Origin: Candidatus Dojkabacteria bacterium | GTDB lineage: Bacteria; Patescibacteriota; Dojkabacteria; J137 | NCBI GenBank assembly: GCA_040006935.1 | Contig: JBDTVZ010000004.1 | Span: 1 to 62,001, forward strand | DNA: 62,001 bases | Direction of reading: 5' to 3' | Notes under the pieces: generated by a model | Databases searched by the model: none | What the model saw: the letters and a program-made list of their open reading frames with translations, nothing else | What the model was told of the DNA's origin: nothing | Program-made: the position numbers and the translations under genes | Shown here: piece by piece, positions 45,316-53,566 of the stretch | Position numbering within the stretch: position 1 is the first letter of the stretch | Layout of the letters: every line of letters begins with the position of its first letter

Positions 45316-46302
45316 CTATCGTCCCGAAAATATACAAATTGCTCGTTTCATTTCATTAACTTGTTTATATTTCAAAAATCCTGCCAAGGAAACGAGGGAA
45401 GTATAAGAAACTTCTTCACCACCTTCAGTCCGTTCTTCCAAATATGTTTTAGCATCTTCAATCTCTTTGTTATCTACAAATAAAGAGGAACCATTAGTTT
45501 CCCTGATTATCTTTGCAATTTGTTCCTGTCTTAAGCCTACACTATCAACAATAGCATCTGCTAAGGATTTCTCGATTCCTGAGTATGTATCTTGATTCAC
45601 AAAAGGATGTATTTGTTCTGTTTGGCAAATAATTATACGAGGCATTAAGTATTCTTTTTCTAATTCTAAAAATAAACCTTCTGCTGTTCCTACTGCAGCT
45701 GTACCTGAGGATGCTTGAATAAATAATGCAATATCCTTATTTACAGTTCCTTCCTTAAATTCTTTAAAACTTTTTATTAATTTTCCTAATTCTATTCCTA
45801 AAGACCAATAGCCTTTTACAATATCATTGTCTAGAGATATTCTTAGGTTCGGTATTCCTTTCTCTGCGGAAATTTGAATTGCTTTCTTCTTGGGATTTTC
45901 TGTGATAATTAGTTCATGCTGAGTATTCGCAATTAGACCTTGAATAATATTTAACTTATTAGCTGCTACATTATTTGAAACAACACAGTTAAGTTTGAAT
46001 GCTGGGTAAAGTTGTAAATATTCTAGAAAACTAATTAATGCATTCCCCGAAGAAAACAAAACACCTTCCTTTACATCACCATTCTTCAATTCATTAATTT
46101 TATATGCAGTTCCTCTATCTTTCCAGGAACCCGTTGGATTTAAATCCTCTCTTTTTAAATATAGCGGGATTGGATCTTCAGATAAAGTATCTACGGCTGT
46201 AGAACCTTCTTTCAAATCCATAGGACTGAATTTAAGATTAATACTTTCTTTTATAGTTTTATAATCCCAAATTGACAAATTAATATAAATAACAAATATC
46301 AA
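45316..46302 (-). CDS. PLP-dependent threonine synthase-family enzyme
   Basis: PLP-lysine motif NPTGSWKDRG and a fold-type II layout, 328 aa. Confidence 0.7.
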   Translation of the reverse strand: MIFVIYINLSIWDYKTIKESINLKFSPMDLKEGSTAVDTLSEDPIPLYLKREDLNPTGSWKDRGTAYKINELKNGDVKEGVLFSSGNALISFLEYLQLYPAFKLNCVVSNNVAANKLNIIQGLIANTQHELIITENPKKKAIQISAEKGIPNLRISLDNDIVKGYWSLGIELGKLIKSFKEFKEGTVNKDIALFIQASSGTAAVGTAEGLFLELEKEYLMPRIIICQTEQIHPFVNQDTYSGIEKSLADAIVDSVGLRQEQIAKIIRETNGSSLFVDNKEIEDAKTYLEERTEGGEEVSYTSLVSLAGFLKYKQVNEMKRAICIFSGR

Positions 46303-46390
46303 ATTTATTATCTCAACATTAGAATCTACTGCTTTTTTTATTATCCCAAATTCGTGATAAAATAGTAAGGATATTTATTAAAGTAACTTT

Positions 46391-46837
46391 ATGAATGATG
46401 ATAATAAAAAACCAGAGGATGATGAATTACCCCCAATGCCAACAACTTTGCCAGAAGAGGTTGAAGAAATAACTGAAATTGACATTGCACCAACTGATGA
46501 TATTTCAACAACACCAATGCCAGTACCTACTTCTGAAGACGAAGATGCGCCAACGGCCATGGGAGATAATTCTCAAGGAACAACTGATGATGTTCCTTCC
46601 ACATGGTTAGAAATAGTTGATGGGAAATTTAAATGCTCTGAATGTGAAAATGAAGTTGAGCCAGAAACAAATTCAATTGAAGGAGTTGTAAAAGCAGATT
46701 TAGATCAAATTAAAGCCGACCTCACATTATACCCAACAAAAGTTGTTTATGGGATTTGTCCAGTTTGCGGAATGGAATTTGTATTTAGATTAATGGATGA
46801 AAAATTGTATTTAGAACCAAGTGACTTAGAGAAGTAA
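46391..46837 (+). CDS. Acidic protein with C-terminal zinc-ribbon (CxxC...CxxC)
   Basis: 148 aa. Asp/Glu/Pro-rich N-terminus, then KCSECEN and CPVCG. Confidence 0.45.
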   Translation: MNDDNKKPEDDELPPMPTTLPEEVEEITEIDIAPTDDISTTPMPVPTSEDEDAPTAMGDNSQGTTDDVPSTWLEIVDGKFKCSECENEVEPETNSIEGVVKADLDQIKADLTLYPTKVVYGICPVCGMEFVFRLMDEKLYLEPSDLEK

Positions 46838-46980
46838 GGAAAAGGTGATTCAACCTGCTTATTATGTCATCCCGTACTAGCTTGCCTGCCTTGTGGGCAT
46901 CTTTGCGGGATCTTTCTTATGATTTTACTGGCTTTACAGTTAGAAATCTTAGCGAGTTTAACGAGCTTTAAATTTCTATT

Positions 46981-47050
46981 GGCTTTAGCCCACCGCACCT
47001 ACTCTTTTGGCAGTTATCCTTAATTAGGGTTACATTCTCTTCGGTTTGGC
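46981..47050. repeat. Dispersed intergenic repeat, copy D (ttaccacc family, diverged)
   Basis: ggctttagcccaccgcacctactcttttggcagttatccttaattagggttacattctcttcggtttggcc aligns with copies A to C. Confidence 0.4.
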
Positions 47051-47063
47051 CCTTAATAAATTT

Positions 47064-47087
47064 CCTCCCCTTTTGTCAAAGGGGAGG
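47064..47087. repeat. Perfect 10-bp GC-rich hairpin (cctccccttt-tgtc-aaaggggagg)
   Basis: Read directly. A second hairpin (accgccc...gggcggt) follows at 47110-47142. Confidence 0.6.
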
Positions 47088-47157
47088 TGGCGTAGCCGGA
47101 GGGGTTATTACCGCCCCAAAACCACTGAGTGGCTTGGGCGGTCCATTTTTAATAAAC

Positions 47158-47775
47158 CTAGTTCTTTGGTCCTACACTTAATGTAACTGATTGTACAGGA
47201 TTCCCATTATCGTCCTGTAATTGGACAACAACAATGTTAGCTTCTCTTGAATCTTTATCTGCAGTTAGTACATAACCAAAAAGTGAGCCTTCCGATTGAA
47301 TAACCCAACCATTAGCTTCAAGTCCAGCTCTGTATGCATCTACTACTGGTTGGCTAGTACTTTCCTTGGAAGTTAGAGAAACAACATAGCTACCATCAGC
47401 ACTTTTTACTCCATATGTAACTGTTGCACCTGAAGGAATTGGCAAGTCTGTGGGGAATCCAGAAGGTAAACTTAATGAAACACTTCCACCTGCAGTACTT
47501 CCACCCTTTCCTGATGGAGTAGGTGCTGGCGTAGGAGATGGCGTTGGCGTTGGAAGAAATCCGAAATTATAAGGATTTGCACAACATGAAACATTATAAA
47601 TATTTCTATAGTAATAATACGCTCCACCGATTGCACTTAAGCAGCAACATAGAAGTAAAACTACAATAACAACAATTATTAACATTTTAGAATTATCTTT
47701 CTTTACCACAGTGGTAGAAGTTGTTTCCGTTGTTTTAGATTCAACATGCGTTTCTGGTTTTTTTTCGTCCGACAT
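47158..47775 (-). CDS. Membrane-anchored extracytoplasmic protein with Pro/Thr linker
   Basis: N-terminal TM (LIIVVIVVLLLCCCLSAIGG), PTPTPSPTPAPTPSG linker, ~110-aa globular C-terminal domain. Confidence 0.5.
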   Translation of the reverse strand: MSDEKKPETHVESKTTETTSTTVVKKDNSKMLIIVVIVVLLLCCCLSAIGGAYYYYRNIYNVSCCANPYNFGFLPTPTPSPTPAPTPSGKGGSTAGGSVSLSLPSGFPTDLPIPSGATVTYGVKSADGSYVVSLTSKESTSQPVVDAYRAGLEANGWVIQSEGSLFGYVLTADKDSREANIVVVQLQDDNGNPVQSVTLSVGPKN

Positions 47776-47804
47776 TGAAAATTTATAAAAAATATAATTA
47801 AGTA

Positions 47805-47833
47805 ACTTTAAAAGAAAATGGAATAAGAGTCAA
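47805..47833 (-). promoter_or_regulatory. Putative minus-strand promoter (TTGACT-17-TAAAGT)
   Basis: Minus-strand hexamers correspond to plus 47828-47833 and 47805-47810, about 30 nt upstream of the start at 47775. Confidence 0.4.
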
Positions 47834-47894
47834 TGCTTAACCTAAAAATGAAAATAAGAAAGCCTATCGTAACAGGACAAGCTCTTTCTTCGGA

Positions 47895-47923
47895 TTGACG
47901 GAAAATCATAGTGGAACTATAAT
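47895..47923 (+). promoter_or_regulatory. Promoter TTGACG-17-TATAAT upstream of the structured RNA and tRNA-Gly
   Basis: Hexamers at 47895-47900 and 47918-47923. The predicted start (~47930) coincides with the first base of the long-range helix. Confidence 0.65.
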
Positions 47924-47929
47924 TATATT

Positions 47930-48053
47930 GATCACGGGCAGTTTATTAAAAACTTCAACACGAAAATTTAGGTCCACTGATTCTTATGCCCCGTGGGGTA
48001 TATGTAAGGTGAGCGGATATTCTTAAGGAAGTCCGAACTACTGTTCCGTGATC
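47930..48053 (+). ncRNA. Candidate ~124-nt structured RNA co-transcribed with tRNA-Gly (unclassified)
   Basis: The 5' end gatcacgggcag pairs with ctgttccgtgatc at 48041-48053. An internal hairpin tatgccc-cgtg-ggggtata is present. There is no ORF. The RNA ends 12 nt before the tRNA. Confidence 0.35.
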
Positions 48054-48065
48054 ATTCACTATCAA

Positions 48066-48136
48066 GCGGTATTAGTACAGTGGTAGTATGCGTCCTTCCC
48101 AAGGACGTGGCACGAGTTCGAGTCTCGTATACCGCT
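48066..48136 (+). tRNA. tRNA-Gly (anticodon CCC)
   Basis: Manual cloverleaf: acceptor gcggtat/ataccgc, anticodon arm cgtcc-ttCCCaa-ggacg, T arm acgag-ttcgagt-ctcgt, discriminator U. CCA is not encoded. Confidence 0.9.
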
Positions 48137-48226
48137 AAATCAGATCTTTAAATTCTATAAATGAAAATTCTTTAAAATTAAAAATATATTAGTTTAACTA
48201 ATATAAATATTTTTTAATATATTCTT

Positions 48227-48595
48227 ATGGAAACACTTACAGATTTACCAAAGGATATGAAAATGGATCTTGTATTACCTAAATTGGGTAATATTTCCAT
48301 GGAAATTACAGATGAAAACGAAATATTTATTTACTTCAGTAATGATGGTATGGATGAGGATGTTCCAGACGACCAAATTCCATACTTTTACGAAGGTTAT
48401 TTAAAAATCCCATTTACTCAAGAAAATTTTTCAGATTTATTAGATAAAGTAAGAACAACTTTTAATATATATTTAACAAAAGGTGAAGCAGAGAGTTTAA
48501 GAGGAATTGATATTCAAAAATCATTAATAATGGCTTTAAGAGGACAGGATATAAAAGTAGAAGGTAAAGATGTAGATTCTCTACTAGAAGGATAA
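48227..48595 (+). CDS. Hypothetical acidic protein
   Basis: 122-aa ORF, no recognisable motifs. Confidence 0.4.
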   Translation: METLTDLPKDMKMDLVLPKLGNISMEITDENEIFIYFSNDGMDEDVPDDQIPYFYEGYLKIPFTQENFSDLLDKVRTTFNIYLTKGEAESLRGIDIQKSLIMALRGQDIKVEGKDVDSLLEG

Positions 48596-48771
48596 AATAA
48601 AACTCCCAAAGTTATTTAGTTCAATTTCAGTCAGAAATTTTTGGTAAGATTGAGATTGTATGAACACATAAACTCCTGAATCAAGCTAATTTTAACTACA
48701 ATTATTTCTCGAGTAAACAAATTCGATGTATAATTAACAGGTCAAAGTACTTTAATTAAAACAGCTTTACC

Positions 48772-49893
48772 ATGAGTAAAAGTATTGTTAAAAACAGAAT
48801 TTCTTATTTATTTCTGATTCTTCTTATCGCAATAATAGTTATTATTTTACTCATCCCTAAGTCTTTTAACACTCCCCCAGAAGATACATTACATATTGTT
48901 CACCCCGAATCGATAATTGCGTCAAACGATATACTCTTCCCAAATCTAAATACAATTTCAGGAGATAACAAATATCAGTCCTTTGTAACAGCAGAAGATT
49001 ATGGAATGAAGAACAACAAAATATGGTTAACTAGTATAGATGGCTCCTCGCCAGTAATTGTTGCAAAAAGTGATGATCTCAAATATGTTTCAAATCCAAT
49101 ATTTAGTCCGGATTCACAAAATCTTGCTTTTTTAAGAATTTATCCTTCACAAATATACGTTTACAATATTAGAAGTCAGAAATTAACTAATATTGAGCCA
49201 GACTGGGAAAGGTTATCGAGATATATGAATCCCAGCTTAGGATATGGTGGCGAATCATACCTCAAATGGAGTGGAAATTCAGAAATTGAATTTGAAAATA
49301 CAAACACATTCCCCCCAGAGCACTACAAGATAAATATCAATACTAAAGAAATTACTAAAGTAGGTAAAGGTAACAATACTAGTGAAAATATTACAGACGT
49401 TCCTTATATGTCTCAAAGGGATGATGCTTGGGGTGATATTCAACTAGGAGCATGTAAAGACGAAACAATTCATTCGGCTGGTTGTGCAGTAAGTGCTACA
49501 GCAATGCTTTTGAAGGCATACGGTTACGATACTGATCCACAAAGACTAAATGAATTCCTTAGTAAAAATGGTCAAGGCTACGTAGAAGAATGCAATATTA
49601 GATGGTACATAATTCCAAATTTTGCAAAAGGTTTAAAATTGACTGGTGCGTACTTTAACGAACCAAACTTTGATAGATTAAACTATCAATTAGATCATGG
49701 CAATCCTGTAATAATCGGCTTTAATAAAGTACCATTCACAAGTCTTCAACATTGGGTTGTAGTGACAAATAGAGTTGGGAATACTTATTATATTAACGAT
49801 CCGTGGGCACTTGACGGTAAACAAGAAACGTTAGATGACTTTGGGGGTGCTTTTGATCATTTAATAGTTTACGAGAAGGCAGATACTAATTAA
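48772..49893 (+). CDS. Membrane-anchored protein with C-terminal peptidase C39-like (papain-fold) domain
   Basis: N-terminal TM; PD40-like strand IFSPDSQNLAFLR. C39_2-like catalytic pattern SQRD...SAGCAVSATAMLL...QHWVVV...YINDPW. Confidence 0.55.
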   Translation: MSKSIVKNRISYLFLILLIAIIVIILLIPKSFNTPPEDTLHIVHPESIIASNDILFPNLNTISGDNKYQSFVTAEDYGMKNNKIWLTSIDGSSPVIVAKSDDLKYVSNPIFSPDSQNLAFLRIYPSQIYVYNIRSQKLTNIEPDWERLSRYMNPSLGYGGESYLKWSGNSEIEFENTNTFPPEHYKININTKEITKVGKGNNTSENITDVPYMSQRDDAWGDIQLGACKDETIHSAGCAVSATAMLLKAYGYDTDPQRLNEFLSKNGQGYVEECNIRWYIIPNFAKGLKLTGAYFNEPNFDRLNYQLDHGNPVIIGFNKVPFTSLQHWVVVTNRVGNTYYINDPWALDGKQETLDDFGGAFDHLIVYEKADTN

Positions 49894-49929
49894 GAATTAA
49901 TAGAAGAATAGGAATATATTACCTTCGAT

Positions 49930-50003
49930 GTCATTGCGAGCGAAGCGAAGCAATCTCACTCGTAATAAAGAGATTGCTTCGTCATTTCATTCCTCGTAAT
50001 GAC
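49930..50003. repeat. Nested GC-rich palindromic element (gtcattgcgag...ctcgtaatgac)
   Basis: Outer arms gtcattgcgag/ctcgtaatgac and a perfect inner 12-bp inverted repeat cgaagcaatctc/gagattgcttcg. A related half-element lies at 1859-1893. Confidence 0.65.
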
Positions 50004-50065
50004 ACAGTTACTATAGTTGGAGCAGATTTGAAATCTGCTCCATAATTTCGTCCAATAATTTTATA

Positions 50066-50126
50066 ACCTTACCACCTCTTTTACTCTTGTAATAGTCCTG
50101 TTATGTGTGGTTGGATCATGTTTCTG
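50066..50126. repeat. Dispersed intergenic repeat, copy B (ttaccacc family)
   Basis: accttaccacctcttttactcttgtaatagtcctgttatgtgtggttggatcatgtttctg. Confidence 0.5.
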
Positions 50127-50196
50127 TTTATCATATAACATAGAATCTCAAGGGACGCATAAATGCGTCCCCTACGAATCTCACGGTCATTTTCCC

Positions 50197-50225
50197 TTGC
50201 CAAATAACGTTATCTTAAATATAAT
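50197..50225 (+). promoter_or_regulatory. Promoter TTGCCA-17-TATAAT upstream of tRNA-Gln
   Basis: Hexamers at 50197-50202 and 50220-50225. They are the same hexamers as the T-box promoter. Confidence 0.65.
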
Positions 50226-50272
50226 GCAAGTGCGTATTAATTATTCTTAATTCGTAACTCGTCATTCGTAAT

Positions 50273-50297
50273 TAACAATGCGGGATCGTCTAATGGT
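50273..50297 (+). repeat. Duplicated 5' fragment of tRNA-Gln plus 6 nt of leader (25-nt perfect direct repeat)
   Basis: taacaatgcgggatcgtctaatggt occurs at 50273-50297 and again at 50361-50385, the start of the real tRNA. Confidence 0.85.
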
Positions 50298-50366
50298 CCA
50301 GAGATAAACGACGATGCGCCAAGAGCGCAGAGGAGATTTAGATCTGCACACATTTAAGTTTAACAA

Positions 50367-50437
50367 TGCGGGATCGTCTAATGGTAGGACTGTGGCCTTT
50401 GAAGCCACCTGTCTAGGTTCGAATCCTAGTCCCGCAA
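50367..50437 (+). tRNA. tRNA-Gln (anticodon UUG)
   Basis: Manual cloverleaf: acceptor tgcggga/tcccgca (U1-A72), anticodon arm gtggc-ctTTGaa-gccac, T arm ctagg-ttcgaat-cctag, discriminator A. Confidence 0.9.
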
Positions 50438-50577
50438 TTCTTCTTAATTCTTAATCTAAATTCTTACTCTATTTTTAGAATTAAGACAGAGTTTGATGAT
50501 AAGAATTAAGGTACCATCTTCGTAACATAAAATTTCTTAGAATAAACTAGTAAAAACCGCTATGTTTCCCATCTACA

Positions 50578-50607
50578 TTGACTTTCGTGGGTTGTAGATG
50601 GTATAAT
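50578..50607 (+). promoter_or_regulatory. Near-consensus promoter TTGACT-18-TGgTATAAT in leaderless geometry for pgk
   Basis: -35 at 50578-50583, extended -10 at 50599-50607. ATG 50614 begins 7 nt after the -10. Confidence 0.7.
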
Positions 50608-50613
50608 ATCTAC

Positions 50614-51774
50614 ATGGTAAGAAAACTTAAAGATTTAACAAGTGTAAATTTATCAGGTAAAACAGTTGTTTTAAGAGCAAACTTAGATGTTCCTCTTAAA
50701 GATGGCGAGGTTGCTGATAGTACTAAAATCAAACTTCTAATACCAACTATTCAAGAGCTTATAAAAAATAACTGTAAAGTTATAGTTCTTGGTCATATCG
50801 GCGAAAAAACCGGTGAATATAACGATGCTTTTTCATTAATGCCAGTTAGGTTTGAATTAGGTAGGACCTTACAAAAACCAATTAAATTTGTAAATATTGC
50901 TACGTGTGATAATTCAATCAAATTTATGGAACCAGGAGAAATCCTAATGCTAGAAAATCTTTTCTTCTCAAAAGAAGAATTTGCACCAAAAGGTAAGGAA
51001 AAAGAAACTTTTGTCAGGCATTTAGCAAATTTTGCAGATTTCTTTGTAAATGAAGCATATGGTGTAGATGAAAAGTTAACTTCAATGATAGAACTTCCTA
51101 AAATGCTTAAACCTATATATGGTTTTAACTATATTAAAGAGTTAGAAGCTGTAGAAAAATTTAAAAACAAACCAAATTCACCTTTTATTGGAATTGTTGG
51201 AGGAAATAATCTTTCGGATAAACTTCCAATATTAAAAATGCTTGCTAAGAAAGCTGATTGCATTCTAATTGGTGGAGCAATTGCTTACGACTTCTTGAAT
51301 TACAAAAAAATTAATATTGGAAAATCTAATTTAACTAAAAACTCTAAAGAAGAAATTAAAAACATTTTTGATTTAGCAGATAAAAAAGGGTGTAAAATTC
51401 TTCTACCTGTGGACCATATTGCCGTTAGTGAATTCTCAGAGAAAGCAAAACCTATAAAGATTTCAAGTTCAGAAATACCAGAAAATCTAATGGGAATGGA
51501 TATTGGGCCTAAAACTGTTGAATTATATAGAGATGCGATTGAGAACGCAAAAACTATAATCTGGTCTGGAACAATGGGAGTTTTTGAATGGGAAAATTTT
51601 TACAAAGGAACAGAAGCAATAGGAGAATACGTTTCTCTTTCAGCTCCAAAAGATTCTTACAAAGTGGCTGTTGGAAACGATACTTTATACGCAATCAGTA
51701 GATTAAAACTAAAACATAAAAAGTTCAGCCATATCTCTGCTGGTGCAAACATTTTTCTAAAGGAAATATCTTAA
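50614..51774 (+). CDS. pgk: Phosphoglycerate kinase
   Basis: N-terminal VVLRANLDVPLKDG and a two-domain PGK layout. Start moved from TTG 50578, which is the -35 box, to ATG 50614. Confidence 0.85.
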   Translation: MVRKLKDLTSVNLSGKTVVLRANLDVPLKDGEVADSTKIKLLIPTIQELIKNNCKVIVLGHIGEKTGEYNDAFSLMPVRFELGRTLQKPIKFVNIATCDNSIKFMEPGEILMLENLFFSKEEFAPKGKEKETFVRHLANFADFFVNEAYGVDEKLTSMIELPKMLKPIYGFNYIKELEAVEKFKNKPNSPFIGIVGGNNLSDKLPILKMLAKKADCILIGGAIAYDFLNYKKINIGKSNLTKNSKEEIKNIFDLADKKGCKILLPVDHIAVSEFSEKAKPIKISSSEIPENLMGMDIGPKTVELYRDAIENAKTIIWSGTMGVFEWENFYKGTEAIGEYVSLSAPKDSYKVAVGNDTLYAISRLKLKHKKFSHISAGANIFLKEIS

Positions 51775-51968
51775 CCCCTCAACTTTTTACACTAAATCCA
51801 AATTATCTTGGCTCTGTTACAGATTTGAAACATTTAGCAGTATTGACAATCCAAAGCTAAAAATGTATAATTAAATCAATTTGTCAACTACTACTGACAT
51901 GGATCCGGAAGGACATACTGTAATGAAACATTGACCAAGGGAGAGTTAAATTTTTAAAAAGTCTCTAA

Positions 51969-53045
51969 ATGGAGGCAAAACAAGCGTTAAACGAAATAGC
52001 GCAAATTGTAGATACTGAAGTACAAAGTATTCTGGACAACGAGACTAAACTCTCTAAAGGAATCTCCCCCATTATAAAAGAACTTTTGACAACTTTCCCA
52101 GTTGTAGTTTTTGGTGGGAAAAGGCTTAGAGCAGCTTTTATTTACTATAGCTATTTAATGCACAATGGTAAAAATAAAGAAGAAATCATCAAAGTAGGTG
52201 CAGGAATGGAGCTACTGCATTCTTACCTTCTTGCTCATGACGACATGATGGACAAATCCGATATGCGACATTCAAAGCCTACAGTAAATAAATACTACGA
52301 AGCGCTAGGGAAAATGCATAAATTAAGACGTCCAGCAGCAGCACACTTTGGCAATAGCATGGCAGTAAATGCTGGAGATATTTTATGCCATATTGGTTTA
52401 GACATTATTACTAACTCAAAATTCGAATCACATAAAAAATTAAAAGCACTTTCTAAAATAAATAATGAATTTAGAGATACCGGTTATGGTCAAGTCATTG
52501 ATGTTTTTGGGGGGATTCTCTCAAGTGTAGATGAAGAATATGTAATGCAAGTTCATTACTTTAAGACTGGAAAATATACTTACGAAACTCCGCTTCATGT
52601 TGGTGCAATATTAGCAGGTGCTAATAAAGAACAACTTGATGCACTAACTAGATATGCAATCCCAGGAGGGATAGCTTTCCAAATTCAAGACGATATCTTA
52701 GGGATGTTCGGAGACGAAAAAAGGATAGGTAAAAGAGCAGATTCAGATTTAAGAGAAGGTAAAAAAACTCTTCTTATCGTCAAAGCAATGGGAAAAGCGA
52801 CGCCAAAACAAAAGAAAATTATTGAAGAGAGCCTGGGAAATCCTGATTTAACAATCGAAATGTTAGAAGCTACTAAGAAAGTAATCATCGATACTGGTTC
52901 ATTAGAATATTCAAAATCTATCGCTAGAAGATTAGTACTAAAAGCAAAACGAGGCTTAATTGAAAAACCAGAATTAAATTGGAATCCAAAAGGAAAAGCA
53001 TTCTTGGAAGCAATCGCAGACTATATGATTGAGAGAGAGTATTAA
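51969..53045 (+). CDS. Polyprenyl diphosphate synthase (trans-IPPS, short-chain/GGPP-type)
   Basis: First Asp-rich motif LLAHDDMMD and second FQIQDDILG. Confidence 0.85.
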   Translation: MEAKQALNEIAQIVDTEVQSILDNETKLSKGISPIIKELLTTFPVVVFGGKRLRAAFIYYSYLMHNGKNKEEIIKVGAGMELLHSYLLAHDDMMDKSDMRHSKPTVNKYYEALGKMHKLRRPAAAHFGNSMAVNAGDILCHIGLDIITNSKFESHKKLKALSKINNEFRDTGYGQVIDVFGGILSSVDEEYVMQVHYFKTGKYTYETPLHVGAILAGANKEQLDALTRYAIPGGIAFQIQDDILGMFGDEKRIGKRADSDLREGKKTLLIVKAMGKATPKQKKIIEESLGNPDLTIEMLEATKKVIIDTGSLEYSKSIARRLVLKAKRGLIEKPELNWNPKGKAFLEAIADYMIEREY

Positions 53046-53162
53046 AACAATTCAATTTAAAACCCTGCCTGACGGTAGGCTGGTTAAGAGAAGAATCACA
53101 AAGTTGACTTGGACATATTGCTTAATGGTGAGCGGAATCGAATCATAATCCTTTCATTTTAT

Positions 53163-53444
53163 TTACCACTGCACATTAATCACAAAATTTTCTAAGAACT
53201 CATTGATTCCATTGCAATTGCAAATATTTGGTACTTTAAAAACATAGGAAATTGTAGAAGGCTTAAGCTTTCCTAATTTCCCAAAAACCTGAAGTTCTGG
53301 CTCAATATCTGGAAGGATAGATTTAATAGAATCCGGCATGTCATCTATAATCTGTTTCCAGAATCCCTGAATCTGAGTATTTTGATATTTTCTTGTAAAA
53401 TCAATATAATCGGGCCATGTTGTTACAAAGGTATTTGCACTCAT
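53163..53444 (-). CDS. Hypothetical protein
   Basis: 93-aa ORF, no recognisable motifs. Confidence 0.35.
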   Translation of the reverse strand: MSANTFVTTWPDYIDFTRKYQNTQIQGFWKQIIDDMPDSIKSILPDIEPELQVFGKLGKLKPSTISYVFKVPNICNCNGINEFLENFVINVQW

Positions 53445-53530
53445 AACAAATATGATTAAATATATTATGATTATTTATAACAAACTAAAAACGAATAAAC
53501 ATTGTAACGCAATACAAAAATATACGTATT

Positions 53531-53560
53531 TTGATAGAAATTAGGTCAATTAGTTAAAAT
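53531..53560 (+). promoter_or_regulatory. Promoter TTGATA-18-TAAAAT in leaderless geometry for the HTH-GAF gene
   Basis: Hexamers at 53531-53536 and 53555-53560. ATG 53567 begins 7 nt after the -10, and there is no SD. Confidence 0.55.
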
Positions 53561-53566
53561 ATTAAT

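Noticed and set aside
47859-47895. Hairpin aagaaagc...gctctttctt that reads as a terminator (stem plus T-run) on the minus strand.
   Set aside because: No minus-strand gene or candidate RNA with a promoter lies upstream of it. It abuts the -35 box of the plus-strand promoter, so its function is unclear and I do not call it as a feature.
48021-48036. cttaaGGAAGTCCGaac resembles the RNase P RNA CR-I/P4 motif GAGGAAAGUCCG. SRP and 6S RNA were also considered for 47930-48053.
   Set aside because: The tRNA begins 30 nt downstream, leaving no room for a ~350-nt RNase P RNA. No GGAA-tetraloop SRP domain IV or long 6S-type hairpin could be folded by hand. I kept it only as an unclassified candidate RNA.
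50273-50437. The tRNA-Gln direct repeat as attL/attR of an integrated element.
   Set aside because: The repeats are only 88 nt apart, they involve the 5' rather than the 3' part of the tRNA, and no recombinase is present. I report it as a curiosity rather than a mobile element.
50578-50613. N-terminal extension of pgk from a TTG start at 50578.
   Set aside because: The TTG is the first base of a TTGACT -35 box, and the extension contains the extended -10. PGK homology begins at MVRKLKDL (ATG 50614).
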